Positions 10,109 to 19,243 of a stretch of 64,000 bases of DNA are shown here, piece by piece. The position numbers were made by a program, and so were the translations under genes. The DNA comes from a virus: positions 1 to 64,000 of the IMG/VR virus record IMGVR_UViG_3300017527_001400; one strand, written 5' to 3'. Position 1 is the first letter of the stretch. Every line of letters begins with the position of its first letter. The notes below the pieces were generated by a model that saw only the letters and a program-made list of their open reading frames with translations, searched no databases and had not been told where the DNA came from.

Positions 10109-10720
10109 ATGAAAGTTCTGGTCGCATGCGAATATAGCGGTAAAGTTAGGGATGCTTTCATCAAGCACAATCATGATGCCATCTCGTGTGATTTTCTACC
10201 CACAGAATCTCCTGGTCCGCATTATCAAGGTGATGTATTTGATATAATAAATGGTGGTTTCGATCTAATGATAGCCCATCCTCCATGCACCTATCTTACG
10301 AACAGTGGAATTAGATGGCTCTATACTGAGAAAGGAAGATGGACAAAGATGTATGATGGTGCATTCTTTTTCAGAAGGCTTCTAGCTGCAGACATAGAGC
10401 TCATAGCAATAGAAAATCCTATTCCACACAACTATGCCTTGGAGATGATCGATGAAAAATATAGTCAAATTATTCAGCCATGGCAATTCGGTCACGGAGA
10501 GACTAAAGCTACATGCTTATGGTTAAAGGGTTTGCCACTATTAAAGCCATCAAATATAGTCGAAGGCAGAGAACAGAAGATGTGGAAACTCCCGCCATCT
10601 GAGGACAGGCAAAAGCTTAGAAGCGAAACTTACGATGGTATAGCTAACGCAATGGCAGTACAATGGGGTAATCTCCGGCCCATGAAATCGAAAAAGTGGA
10701 AAGACGGTAATCTGTTTTAA
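10109..10720 (+). CDS. compact phage DNA cytosine methyltransferase-like protein
   Basis: VLVACEYSG, HPPCTYL, IENP, KATCLWL. Confidence 0.75.
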   Translation: MKVLVACEYSGKVRDAFIKHNHDAISCDFLPTESPGPHYQGDVFDIINGGFDLMIAHPPCTYLTNSGIRWLYTEKGRWTKMYDGAFFFRRLLAADIELIAIENPIPHNYALEMIDEKYSQIIQPWQFGHGETKATCLWLKGLPLLKPSNIVEGREQKMWKLPPSEDRQKLRSETYDGIANAMAVQWGNLRPMKSKKWKDGNLF

Positions 10721-11337
10721 TATTATTTGTCTTTGAATTTATTTTTTCTGGAGGTGGAAATGTCAACAGAATGGAAGGATGGAGTTTTTGTCGATGCAAA
10801 AACATATAAGACAAAAAACCCTAACGCTGCTGCTATTGGGAAAATATTTATGGCCGACTTCAATGCAAACACAATTGAAATCGAAATAAATCTTGTAGGG
10901 ATTCCAGGAATCTTCTGGAGAGGAACAAGTCAAGAGTTTGCATCGATCTGGGAACCAATTGATTAGATGAAAAAAACAATTAAAATCAGTGTAAAGATAA
11001 AAAATTGTGAGCTTGTTTTTAAAGATGGACTAGAGCCCGGAGTAATTGCAACACAAAAGCGGATCTATGATCTTGATGAAGCTGATTATTCCAGCCCTAT
11101 GTTTGCCAAAGAAATAATGGATAAAGGTGAAGAATTTAAAGACAACGTAATCTCTATAAAATATGAAGAGGAGGACTAAAATGAGTCTCGAAGAAGCACT
11201 GGACACTGTCGATGCGTACGTGTTTACTGGAGATATCCTTTACACGGATCCCTCTGCAATCAAATCTATTGAAGAATACATGGGTCGTTGGAAGAGAGAA
11301 ATTGCTACTATCGAACAATCTGAACTAGAAGGAATAA

Positions 11338-12732
11338 ATGAACTATCCACCGAGTAAGACAAAACCGTGGGACCATCAGGTAAAAGCTTGGAACTTAGCC
11401 AAGAATAGAAAGTCCTTCTACTATGCAATGGATATGGGTACGGGTAAAACTAAAGCTGCGATCGATTATTGTAATGGTCTCGGTCTCAGCTCGGTGCTCA
11501 TAGTATGTCCAAAGAACGTCATCGAAGTGTGGCCTGAACAATTCGATTTGCACAGCTACAATAACTACAGCGTGGTATATGATCCAAGCAAATTATCCGT
11601 TGCAAAGAAAACTGAAAACTTCAGAAGACAGATCTCGCATTCGATCATAAAGGGTTTGCCCATCGCATTGGTGGTGAACTATGAATCGTTTTGGCGAGAG
11701 CCTTTGGGTCCCATTAGAAACAAACGCGGCACCATTATCAAGCCCGGATTGCTTATGTCCTATAATTGGGAGGGCTTAATATTAGATGAAGCCCACCGCA
11801 TTAAGTCTCCAGGTGGTAAAGCTTCATGGGGAGCTAAGGCAATCGCTGGCCAAATCGAACACAAGTTGTGGCTATCAGGAACACCTATGCCACACAGTCC
11901 TCTGGACATCTATTCGCAATACCGTGCACTGAGTCCGTATGTATTTGGAACAAATTTCAGCAGATTCAGACAGCACTACTGCATTATGGGTGGTTATGAG
12001 ATGCGACAGGTAATTCAGTGGGTCAATAAACAGGAGATGCATGACAAGATATTCGATCGCATGTACATGGTGAAGAAGCGTGATGTACTTGACCTTCCGC
12101 CGGTACTTCATGTAAACCGTCCAGTGCTCCTATCTCCAAAGATGCAAAAAATATATAACGAATTCGACAAAGAATTTTTTGCAAAAGTTGCTACCGGTGA
12201 AATCACTGCCGATAATGCCCTCGTAAAATTACTGAGGCTGACTCAAATGACCGCAGGAATTGTGCAGCTTGATGATGGGACAAGAACATATCAAGACACT
12301 TCCAAACTTGATGAAATCAAGGAAATCTTGACTGATCTACCAGAAGACGAACCAGTTGTCATCTGTGCAAAATTTACTCCTGAACTCCAGCGTATAAAGG
12401 ATCTATGCAAAAGCCTTAACAGAACATGTGCTGAATTATCTGGTCATGCTAACGAGCTTAAGGAGTGGAAACAAGGAAAATTTAATTCCTTAGCTGTACA
12501 AATTCAGTCTGGAAAAGAGGGCGTAGATTTAACACGAAGCGCGTATGTAATCTTTTCATCTACAGGCTGTAGTCTTGGTGATTATGAACAGTTTTTAGCA
12601 CGTACTGACAGGCCCGGACAGCTAAGATCTGTAACATATTACCATGTAGTCTGCAAAAAAACTGTTGACATTAAAATCTCATATGCGCTAAAGCATAAGA
12701 AAGCTGTCGTACAATCTGTTCTGGGTTATTAA
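11338..12732 (+). CDS. SNF2-family helicase
   Basis: MGTGKT, DEAH, LSGTP, EGVDL, RTDRPGQ. Confidence 0.9.
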   Translation: MNYPPSKTKPWDHQVKAWNLAKNRKSFYYAMDMGTGKTKAAIDYCNGLGLSSVLIVCPKNVIEVWPEQFDLHSYNNYSVVYDPSKLSVAKKTENFRRQISHSIIKGLPIALVVNYESFWREPLGPIRNKRGTIIKPGLLMSYNWEGLILDEAHRIKSPGGKASWGAKAIAGQIEHKLWLSGTPMPHSPLDIYSQYRALSPYVFGTNFSRFRQHYCIMGGYEMRQVIQWVNKQEMHDKIFDRMYMVKKRDVLDLPPVLHVNRPVLLSPKMQKIYNEFDKEFFAKVATGEITADNALVKLLRLTQMTAGIVQLDDGTRTYQDTSKLDEIKEILTDLPEDEPVVICAKFTPELQRIKDLCKSLNRTCAELSGHANELKEWKQGKFNSLAVQIQSGKEGVDLTRSAYVIFSSTGCSLGDYEQFLARTDRPGQLRSVTYYHVVCKKTVDIKISYALKHKKAVVQSVLGY

Positions 12733-12767
12733 TTTTATACCTTTCTGATTTTATTTTTTTGGATATA

Positions 12768-12853
12768 ATCTGGTGGCGTAGATAAAGGGTTACTTCGCTT
12801 ATAATGATACGCATTGCCGAAAGGCAGTCTCCCTTGTCGCCCTTTCCCCAGAT
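12768..12853 (+). ncRNA. Y-RNA-like gene 1
   Basis: ATCTGG...CCAGAT closing stem; TGGCGYAG..GWTACTTCG motif shared with 4 other copies; TATAAT just upstream. Confidence 0.7.
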
Positions 12854-13045
12854 TAACATATATAACAAGGCTCTTGAAAGATGGTTTCGCCTGAGTGACT
12901 AAGCCGTGGAACCCACCTATCGGCAGCAGAGCCTGTAAAGATAAATGAGGGAACTCGGGCTAAGTTAATACTAAGAAATAGAATAGATCAACCAGGCAAA
13001 GATGATGTGCTGGTGGGAATGTCGTCAATGCCTGCAAAAAAACAA

Positions 13046-13195
13046 TTTGCTGATGGCGTAGGAAAGAGATACTTCGCAATAGGATGCCCTAGTCGTGGGT
13101 TCGAGTCCCATCGTTCTCCCCATAATTTTATGGAGAACGTAGCTCAGCTGGTAGAGCAGGTTATAGCTTCTCTCTCCGCCTTTTTCCTCAGCAAA
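13046..13195 (+). ncRNA. YrlA-like Y RNA with circularly permuted tRNA domain
   Basis: TTTGCTGA...TCAGCAAA stem; T-arm GTGGGTTCGAGTCCCAT precedes D-arm GTAGCTCAGCTGGTAGAGCA; upstream of Ro60. Confidence 0.85.
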
Positions 13196-13203
13196 ACTTT
13201 ATA

Positions 13204-13284
13204 TAAGCATTGATGGCGCAGGTCAGAGATACTTCGATACTTCTAATATCACAAAGCTCTCTGCCGTCTCTTCCTCAATGCTTA
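13204..13284 (+). ncRNA. Y-RNA-like gene 3
   Basis: TAAGCATTGA...TCAATGCTTA stem plus shared motif. Confidence 0.75.
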
Positions 13285-13288
13285 CGAT

Positions 13289-13362
13289 TTGCCAGTGGCG
13301 CAGGTCTGGGTTACTTCGCGCAAAACGAAACCATATACCCGAACCACTACTTTCCCTGGCAA
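13289..13362 (+). ncRNA. Y-RNA-like gene 4
   Basis: TTGCCAG...CTGGCAA stem plus shared motif. Confidence 0.75.
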
Positions 13363-13371
13363 GCTCCTTAC

Positions 13372-13437
13372 ATACCGATGGCGTAGACAGGAGATACTTC
13401 GGACATGAAAATACTCCCGTCGCCTGTTCCTCGGTAT
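13372..13437 (+). ncRNA. Y-RNA-like gene 5
   Basis: ATACCGA...TCGGTAT stem plus shared motif. Confidence 0.75.
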
Positions 13438-13474
13438 ACGAGTTTGCCGCAACTTACTTCTAAGGAGAGAAAAA

Positions 13475-14845
13475 ATGAAATTGAATACCGCAACAAAACA
13501 TCGTATCCACACCCACGAAGGCGCTCCTGCCAAAGCAATCAACGCTGAGTTACAACTCGAAAGGTCTATCATGGCTAATATGCTGTGGGAAAACCAGTTC
13601 TATGAGTCCGGTCAGGCAATTGCCGACAGGATCAGCGACCTTTGCAAGCAGGTCTCTCCCGAATTCATCTCTTCCATGGCAGTAAAAGCCCGGCATAAAA
13701 TGTACCTCCGGCATGTTCCTTTGCTGTTGGTTAAAGAGCTTGCAAATCTTTGCAATGCCAACACCGGTAGCGTATGGAGGATGAAGGCTCAGCTCATTCG
13801 CAGAACCCTTGCTTCTGTTATCAATCGCCCCGATGAACTGTCGGAATTTCTGGCTATCTATTGGAAAGACGGCAAGGTACCTCTGTCCAATCAGATCAAA
13901 CGTGGTCTGTCTGATGCCTTCAACAAATTTGATGAATACCAAATTGCGAAATACAATCGCAAAAGCGACATCACGTTGAAGGACGTACTGACGCTATGCC
14001 ATGCGAAGCCTAAAGATCTTGCACAGTCAGGAATCTTTGAACGGCTTTTGAATGACAATCTGGCAACACCCAAGACCTGGGAAGTTGGTCTCTCCGGTGC
14101 AAAGGCTCATGGCGTATCCAAGAAGGATGTCTGGGAAGACCTGCTTCGTGAAAATAAAATGGGTGGCATGGCAGTGCTTCGAAACCTGCGGAACTTTGAC
14201 CGTGATGGTGTCGATCGAAATCTGGTTCGTGAAGCCATAGTGAAAATGAAACCCTATCGCATTTTGCCTTTCAGATTCATTGCAGCTGAAAAGTATGGGC
14301 CCAATTATTCTGATGTCATCGAAGCCAAGATGCTCGAATGTACCGAAAATATGACCAAGCTCACTGGTAGGACCATCTTGCTGGTTGATGTCTCTGGGTC
14401 TATGTTTTCACCTATATCCCAGCGATCTGATATTAATCGGATGAAAGCTGCTGAAGGCCTGGCTATCTTACTTCGGGAAATTTGCACAGAGATCCAGATT
14501 ATATCTTTCTCTTATCATCCTGTGAATGTTCCTAACAGGAGAGGTTTTGCCCTCGGAGAAGCGATCACGAGGTCTCAGGACAACGGTGGAACCAACTTTG
14601 GTGAAGCTGTTTCTCAGGCATATAATATCCCTCATGATCGGTTAATTGCCATCACAGACGAACAATCTCATGATCGTGTGCCTGATCCTAAACATGGCAT
14701 TCCTTCTTATGTGATTAACGTTGCTTCATATCAAAATGGCGTTGGTTACGGGCCTTGGACACATATCGATGGTTGGTCTGAAAATGTTGTTCGATATATC
14801 CAGTCGCTGGAGGGACTCGATGCACATAGTAAAAATGACATGTAG
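13475..14845 (+). CDS. rsr: Ro60/Rsr TROVE-domain RNA-binding protein
   Basis: THEGAPA start, LWENQFYESG, FDEYQIAKY, TWE, AVLRNLRN, LPFRF, VWA VDVSGSM, ITDEQ, IDGWSE. Confidence 0.92.
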   Translation: MKLNTATKHRIHTHEGAPAKAINAELQLERSIMANMLWENQFYESGQAIADRISDLCKQVSPEFISSMAVKARHKMYLRHVPLLLVKELANLCNANTGSVWRMKAQLIRRTLASVINRPDELSEFLAIYWKDGKVPLSNQIKRGLSDAFNKFDEYQIAKYNRKSDITLKDVLTLCHAKPKDLAQSGIFERLLNDNLATPKTWEVGLSGAKAHGVSKKDVWEDLLRENKMGGMAVLRNLRNFDRDGVDRNLVREAIVKMKPYRILPFRFIAAEKYGPNYSDVIEAKMLECTENMTKLTGRTILLVDVSGSMFSPISQRSDINRMKAAEGLAILLREICTEIQIISFSYHPVNVPNRRGFALGEAITRSQDNGGTNFGEAVSQAYNIPHDRLIAITDEQSHDRVPDPKHGIPSYVINVASYQNGVGYGPWTHIDGWSENVVRYIQSLEGLDAHSKNDM

Positions 14846-15037
14846 CAGGAAGACCCTTATTGCTGAGATAGATCATGCTATGATTAAGATTTTTCAACTT
14901 AGAAAGCATGATCCAAACTATAAAAGATACACCAATGCACATAGACAGCTCAAAGCCTTCAACCGGAGGCTGCGAGCTGTGGATAACAACACTGTTGTTT
15001 TATTGTTTCGTGAATAACTTTTTTTTGGAGGAAGATT

Positions 15038-15430
15038 ATGGACACGGATAGGCTTAAGGAGTTCGCGGAACTCGAAGGTGAAAAGGCAGAAATCAAAAAC
15101 CGTCTGAACGAGATCACCAGGCGCCTAGAGGTAATAGGGCCGGAACTACTCGATGACATGATTGATGATGGTATTCAAAATATCAACATCAGCGGCCGGG
15201 CAGTACATATTCGCAAAGACATCTGGGCTAAAGTCGAAAGCACGAAAGAGCAAGTAGTTAAGGCTCTAAAAGAGTCGGGTCTAGAGGAATATGTTACTGT
15301 TGGATTTAATCACCACAGCATTTCGTCTTACATTCGCCATCAGGTTGAAGCTGAAGAACCATTGCCTGATCCTCTTAAAGGCCATCTATCAGCCAATACG
15401 GTTCTGTCTGTTCGCTCAACCAAAGCATAG
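15038..15430 (+). CDS. conserved phage coiled-coil protein
   Basis: GGAGG RBS; N-terminal coiled coil then small globular domain. Confidence 0.6.
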   Translation: MDTDRLKEFAELEGEKAEIKNRLNEITRRLEVIGPELLDDMIDDGIQNINISGRAVHIRKDIWAKVESTKEQVVKALKESGLEEYVTVGFNHHSISSYIRHQVEAEEPLPDPLKGHLSANTVLSVRSTKA

Positions 15431-15577
15431 GCAGGGTGTTGCCATCGACGTCAAATTACCGGACGGTTCTGGAGGTGACAACGGGGTCCCTGCCTATGCT
15501 ATTTGCTTAAAATCGACTGGGTCAGCCTTTGTCGAGAATCATTTATATAAATATCAAGAAAAAGGATTTACGCTGTT

Positions 15578-15853
15578 ATGACATCAAAACAAGTTGATAG
15601 ATTAATTGAAGAAATCGGCAATGTTGCATATAACTTAAAATATTTAGGAAATGGAAATGCTTCAACTCAATTTGGAGCAATTGAAGGCCATTCAATGCAA
15701 GTAAAGGAAGGGCTTGAAACCTTAGCCTCTGCAGTTTCAAGTGCTGGAGGAGAAATAAACATAAGTGATTTACCAACTGCAATCGAGGGTGCTGGTAGAG
15801 ATATTAAAGATGGGCTGCTATCCATAGCGGCTGCGATAAATGATGCGGGGTAA
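15578..15853 (+). CDS. hypothetical protein
   Basis: ORF with LKYLGNGNASTQFGAIE. Confidence 0.55.
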   Translation: MTSKQVDRLIEEIGNVAYNLKYLGNGNASTQFGAIEGHSMQVKEGLETLASAVSSAGGEINISDLPTAIEGAGRDIKDGLLSIAAAINDAG

Positions 15854-15922
15854 GGTAGTCTGGTCTAACCTAGGTGTCTCATAAGCACCTCTTCGCGGGT
15901 TCAAATCCCGCCCCCGCTTCCA
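15844..15922 (+). tRNA. tRNA with CAT anticodon (Met or Ile2)
   Basis: GGTGT-CTCATAA-GCACC anticodon arm, GGTTCAAATCC T-arm, CCA end. Confidence 0.85.
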
Positions 15923-15954
15923 AAATATTAAAAGGAGGCTATATGATGATTCTT

Positions 15955-16230
15955 GTATTCGAATAGTATTCCATATCATGCCTTCAGAAGCGATCAGATC
16001 CGATTTCATTAATAATAGCATGGGATAGCATGCCTTGCCGCATTATCCAGTTTGCTTCGACCCTATCTTATATAATTCAAATTCTATTTGGATTCGGTTC
16101 GATAAAACTCTACGCAATGCACTATCATCAAATGCAAAATCTCATAGGATCCAATAAAATCCTACGTTTATTATTTCAATACTGTACAAACAAGGATTGG
16201 CCTTAACAGTACAATAGTATTGAATGCTTA
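15955..16230 (+). repeat. NNN-AT pentamer array 1 (putative guide RNAs)
   Basis: cgaAT agtAT tccAT atcAT gccTT cagAA gcgAT cagAT ccgAT ttcAT...; continues up to the RBS of the RAMP gene. Confidence 0.8.
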
Positions 16231-16244
16231 TAAGGAGAGAGAAA

Positions 16245-16997
16245 ATGAAAAAGAAAGCACCAGGACCGTACACATTCAGAATTGTTGGACAGGCAGATTC
16301 CGCGTGGCGCGGGGCAGTACCGGACGATTGTGCAGATCTCAAAGTTGCACCCGAGAAAAATGTAAAGGAGCTCCTTTACATGATCGTCAAGGCAGAAGTT
16401 GAAAGACTCACACAAAAGGGTGATACAAAGGGGGCAGCTGAGGCTGTCAAAAAGTATCAAGATCATTCAAAACATCAATATGCGAATCCATTGAATGTTT
16501 TCAAAAAAGACAAGCAAAACGGTGATATCCCATGTATCGGTGCTCATTGTCTTTATGGTGGGTTTCGTGATGCTGCCGTTGAGCTTTTCCCGCAGTATTT
16601 CTATAAAACTGCTGCAGACCGTGGCAAAAAGCCATCGAACAAGCATCTTAGAAAATATGTTCATGTCCGTCCTTATCATGTTTTCTTGCATCGGCCTTCA
16701 ATGAATGGTAATGGTAAGATTATAAAAGAAGTGGATGGTGTTCATGATCAACATCCTACGCCAAAAGTCGGGGCCTTTTGTCGTTATGAATTTATTGATT
16801 CTCCATTTCAATTTGAATATCTTCTAAATGTTTCCATCGAAGGCCCCTTCAAAAAGTTCCTGGAAAATCAACACGAAGTTAAAATGGCAATCGTTCAATC
16901 AGCAAATGCCGGTCAAGGCGGCGGAAGGGCAGCAGGTTATGGAATGTGGAGGATACTCAAGTGCAAGGTTGAAGATGGCCTGTCGTATACGCCGTAA
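16245..16997 (+). CDS. stand-alone Cas7/RAMP-superfamily protein
   Basis: GDIPCIGAHCLYGGFRDAA resembles the RAMP P-x-I-x(4)-L-x-G-x-x-R helix; C-terminal Gly loop GQGGGRAAGYG; no other cas genes in window. Confidence 0.75.
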   Translation: MKKKAPGPYTFRIVGQADSAWRGAVPDDCADLKVAPEKNVKELLYMIVKAEVERLTQKGDTKGAAEAVKKYQDHSKHQYANPLNVFKKDKQNGDIPCIGAHCLYGGFRDAAVELFPQYFYKTAADRGKKPSNKHLRKYVHVRPYHVFLHRPSMNGNGKIIKEVDGVHDQHPTPKVGAFCRYEFIDSPFQFEYLLNVSIEGPFKKFLENQHEVKMAIVQSANAGQGGGRAAGYGMWRILKCKVEDGLSYTP

Positions 16998-17034
16998 AAT
17001 CCCTAAAATCGCAACAAATACGGAAGGAGTAATC

Positions 17035-17229
17035 ATGTCAAAGATCACTGACACGCTAACAGATGCTGCAGATAAGGTTCTCAATGGTGAAATTCCATTG
17101 AAAACCGGTGAAGTCGTTCATAAACTGGGCAATTCGCTTGGAGTCGCAAAAAACTCCGAGTGTCGTGCACAGGAAATTGGACTGGAAGACGACACAAAAG
17201 CCGCACTGGATGCCATCAAAACAGAGTAA
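17035..17229 (+). CDS. small protein downstream of the RAMP gene
   Basis: AAGGAG RBS, 64 aa, followed by hairpin GGGTAAGCGGCAATTGCCGTTTACCC. Confidence 0.6.
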   Translation: MSKITDTLTDAADKVLNGEIPLKTGEVVHKLGNSLGVAKNSECRAQEIGLEDDTKAALDAIKTE

Positions 17230-17271
17230 ACGGAAACCTTGGGTAAGCGGCAATTGCCGTTTACCCATGTC

Positions 17272-18550
17272 TTCCTATCCTGTGTTGTTCGATAGTATGC
17301 ATTTAGATACCATAGACTCGTATTTTATTCATAAGAAATGTCATACGGTTCCGTTCGATCCCTTATCTCAGGATCCGATAATATGCTATGCATTATAGAA
17401 TTTGCCTTGCTTAGGTAGCATATGTTTCTATTTGATCAATGATTGATTCAATACCATCGAATTGAGTCCTCTGTGATACAATGTAATAGAATAAATGTAT
17501 TTAATATCATTGCATGGAGTTCGATAAGCTTCCATCAAATCATATGCATTATTTTATTAACTGGAATTGAAAAAGATCCCTTCGCATGGAATGTATAGTC
17601 CGCTATAGTACCGTTCCATAATACACGATGCTATGCTTTTGAATAAATAATTTGATCTAGTAATATTTGATTCCGTGAGATGCTATCTTATATTATGAAT
17701 TAATCTCATCTCATCAGATATTATGCGTTTCGATTCGATTTGATCCGATCTATAATCTCATGCCATATTATATTAATCGATAACTCAAGGTCCGATCCCA
17801 TTCGATTCGATGAAATAAAATATTATGCAAAATTAAAATACAATAATTTAGAGTGGGACCGTATTTGAACCTATTCTATTTTATATTATCGCTTTAATAC
17901 TCAATACCATCAGACCGTATTATATGCCTTCGCATCTGATCGTATGACATAATCAATTGCATCGCATGCGATCGCGCATAATTGAACCAAATATTATGGA
18001 ATCAATAATTCAATAACATATCATCAGGCTATATGCCATTGAATATGTTCCGATTTTATCCACCAATAGTATGCCATCGGATAGATTGTTTTGTAATGTC
18101 ATAATCTGCCATTCGCAATGTCTTATTTTACAATCGAACATTATGGCTTGGCTTAGTCTTCCATAAAATATATTATTTAATTGGAATTTGATTTTATGCC
18201 TTCAAGAAGTATCCGATCCAATTCATAATTGCATCAGATTTTATACAAATAAATATTGTCTCGTTTAATTCATAAATGTCATCCGTTAATATGGCTTGGA
18301 ATTTGTTGCTATAGCTACTTTACGATTCGATAAACAATTCCATATCATCCAAATACATTGAATTATATGCAATTAATAATCAATTAAAATTGTTCCCAGT
18401 ATTGTTCAATTGGATGCGATCAGTTGAAATAAATCATTCCATTTTATATGACTCATTGATATCGCTTTCTATGACATGGAATATTTCTCTTCATAAAATA
18501 AAATTAATTGGCACATCACGCTTTCTTATGGGATATAATGTTTTACATTA
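17272..18550 (+). repeat. NNN-AT pentamer array 2 (about 20-25 blocks of ~9-11 pentamers)
   Basis: No credible ORF over 1.28 kb; e.g. 17705 ctcAT ctcAT cagAT attAT gcgTT tcgAT tcgAT ttgAT ccgAT; blocks separated by AAT-type phase shifts. Confidence 0.85.
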
Positions 18551-18589
18551 AACTTTACACACACAATAAAATAAAGGAGGAACAAACTC

Positions 18590-18934
18590 GTGGAACTCAT
18601 TAGATTTCACAACGCAATAATCGGCAATAGAAAAAACAACCCAGTTATCACCGAATGTATCATCAAGGACGGCAACAAAATTGCTTCCGGAATTGCTCTC
18701 TGCAGCAAAATGGATAAGTTCAACGAAGTCACCGGTATCAATTTGGCCAGGCGCAGAGCTCTTCGGAAAATCAAAGGTCGCAAGGTCCGTCCAATGGCAA
18801 GACATAAGGCCATCTCTATTTTCATGGAAACCGGATATCCCATACCTGCTGATGGAGCGAAGGCCCTGAACCTGAACCGACAGTGCCTCAGCAAAGTATG
18901 TAAGATCGAAAAAGAAGCTCTCTTTAAGGTCTAA
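18590..18934 (+). CDS. hypothetical phage protein
   Basis: AAGGAGG RBS; GIALCSKMDKFNEVTGINLARRRA. Confidence 0.65.
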   Translation: MELIRFHNAIIGNRKNNPVITECIIKDGNKIASGIALCSKMDKFNEVTGINLARRRALRKIKGRKVRPMARHKAISIFMETGYPIPADGAKALNLNRQCLSKVCKIEKEALFKV

Positions 18935-19243
18935 AATAAAAGCGGGCGTAGCTCAAAGAGGTAATGTCAAAAGGGTGCTTAGCAGAAAGACGTCGACGCT
19001 TGACAGAAGATTAGGACAAGCCAATTTTGGACATTGAGTAGTGGACCAACCAAGACACTGCTGGGTAATACCATCGAGTGCGAGATGGAAATAGTATGCA
19101 TAGAGGTCGAGCTTCGTCAGTCTGGATTAACCAGTGATCCGTTCCACAAGTAACTTGGTGCGCTGACAGTTCCATAATAATAGCTGCCTCTCCTATGTCC
19201 AATAACGTCCGACCACAAAGGTTATCATACTGTGTTAAGCTTT

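Noticed and set aside
15423-15500. SRP-like RNA
   Set aside because: A 13-bp closing stem is real, but the SRP GNRA/AGCAG motif is absent; left as an unassigned hairpin
15955-18550. Canonical CRISPR array next to the Cas7-like gene
   Set aside because: No 25-40-nt conserved direct repeats and no cas1/2/5/6; the only constant element is a 2-nt motif every 5 nt
17272-18550. Simple satellite or degenerate pentapeptide-repeat gene
   Set aside because: Triplets are non-repetitive, the phase resets every ~50 nt, and no long ORF spans the region
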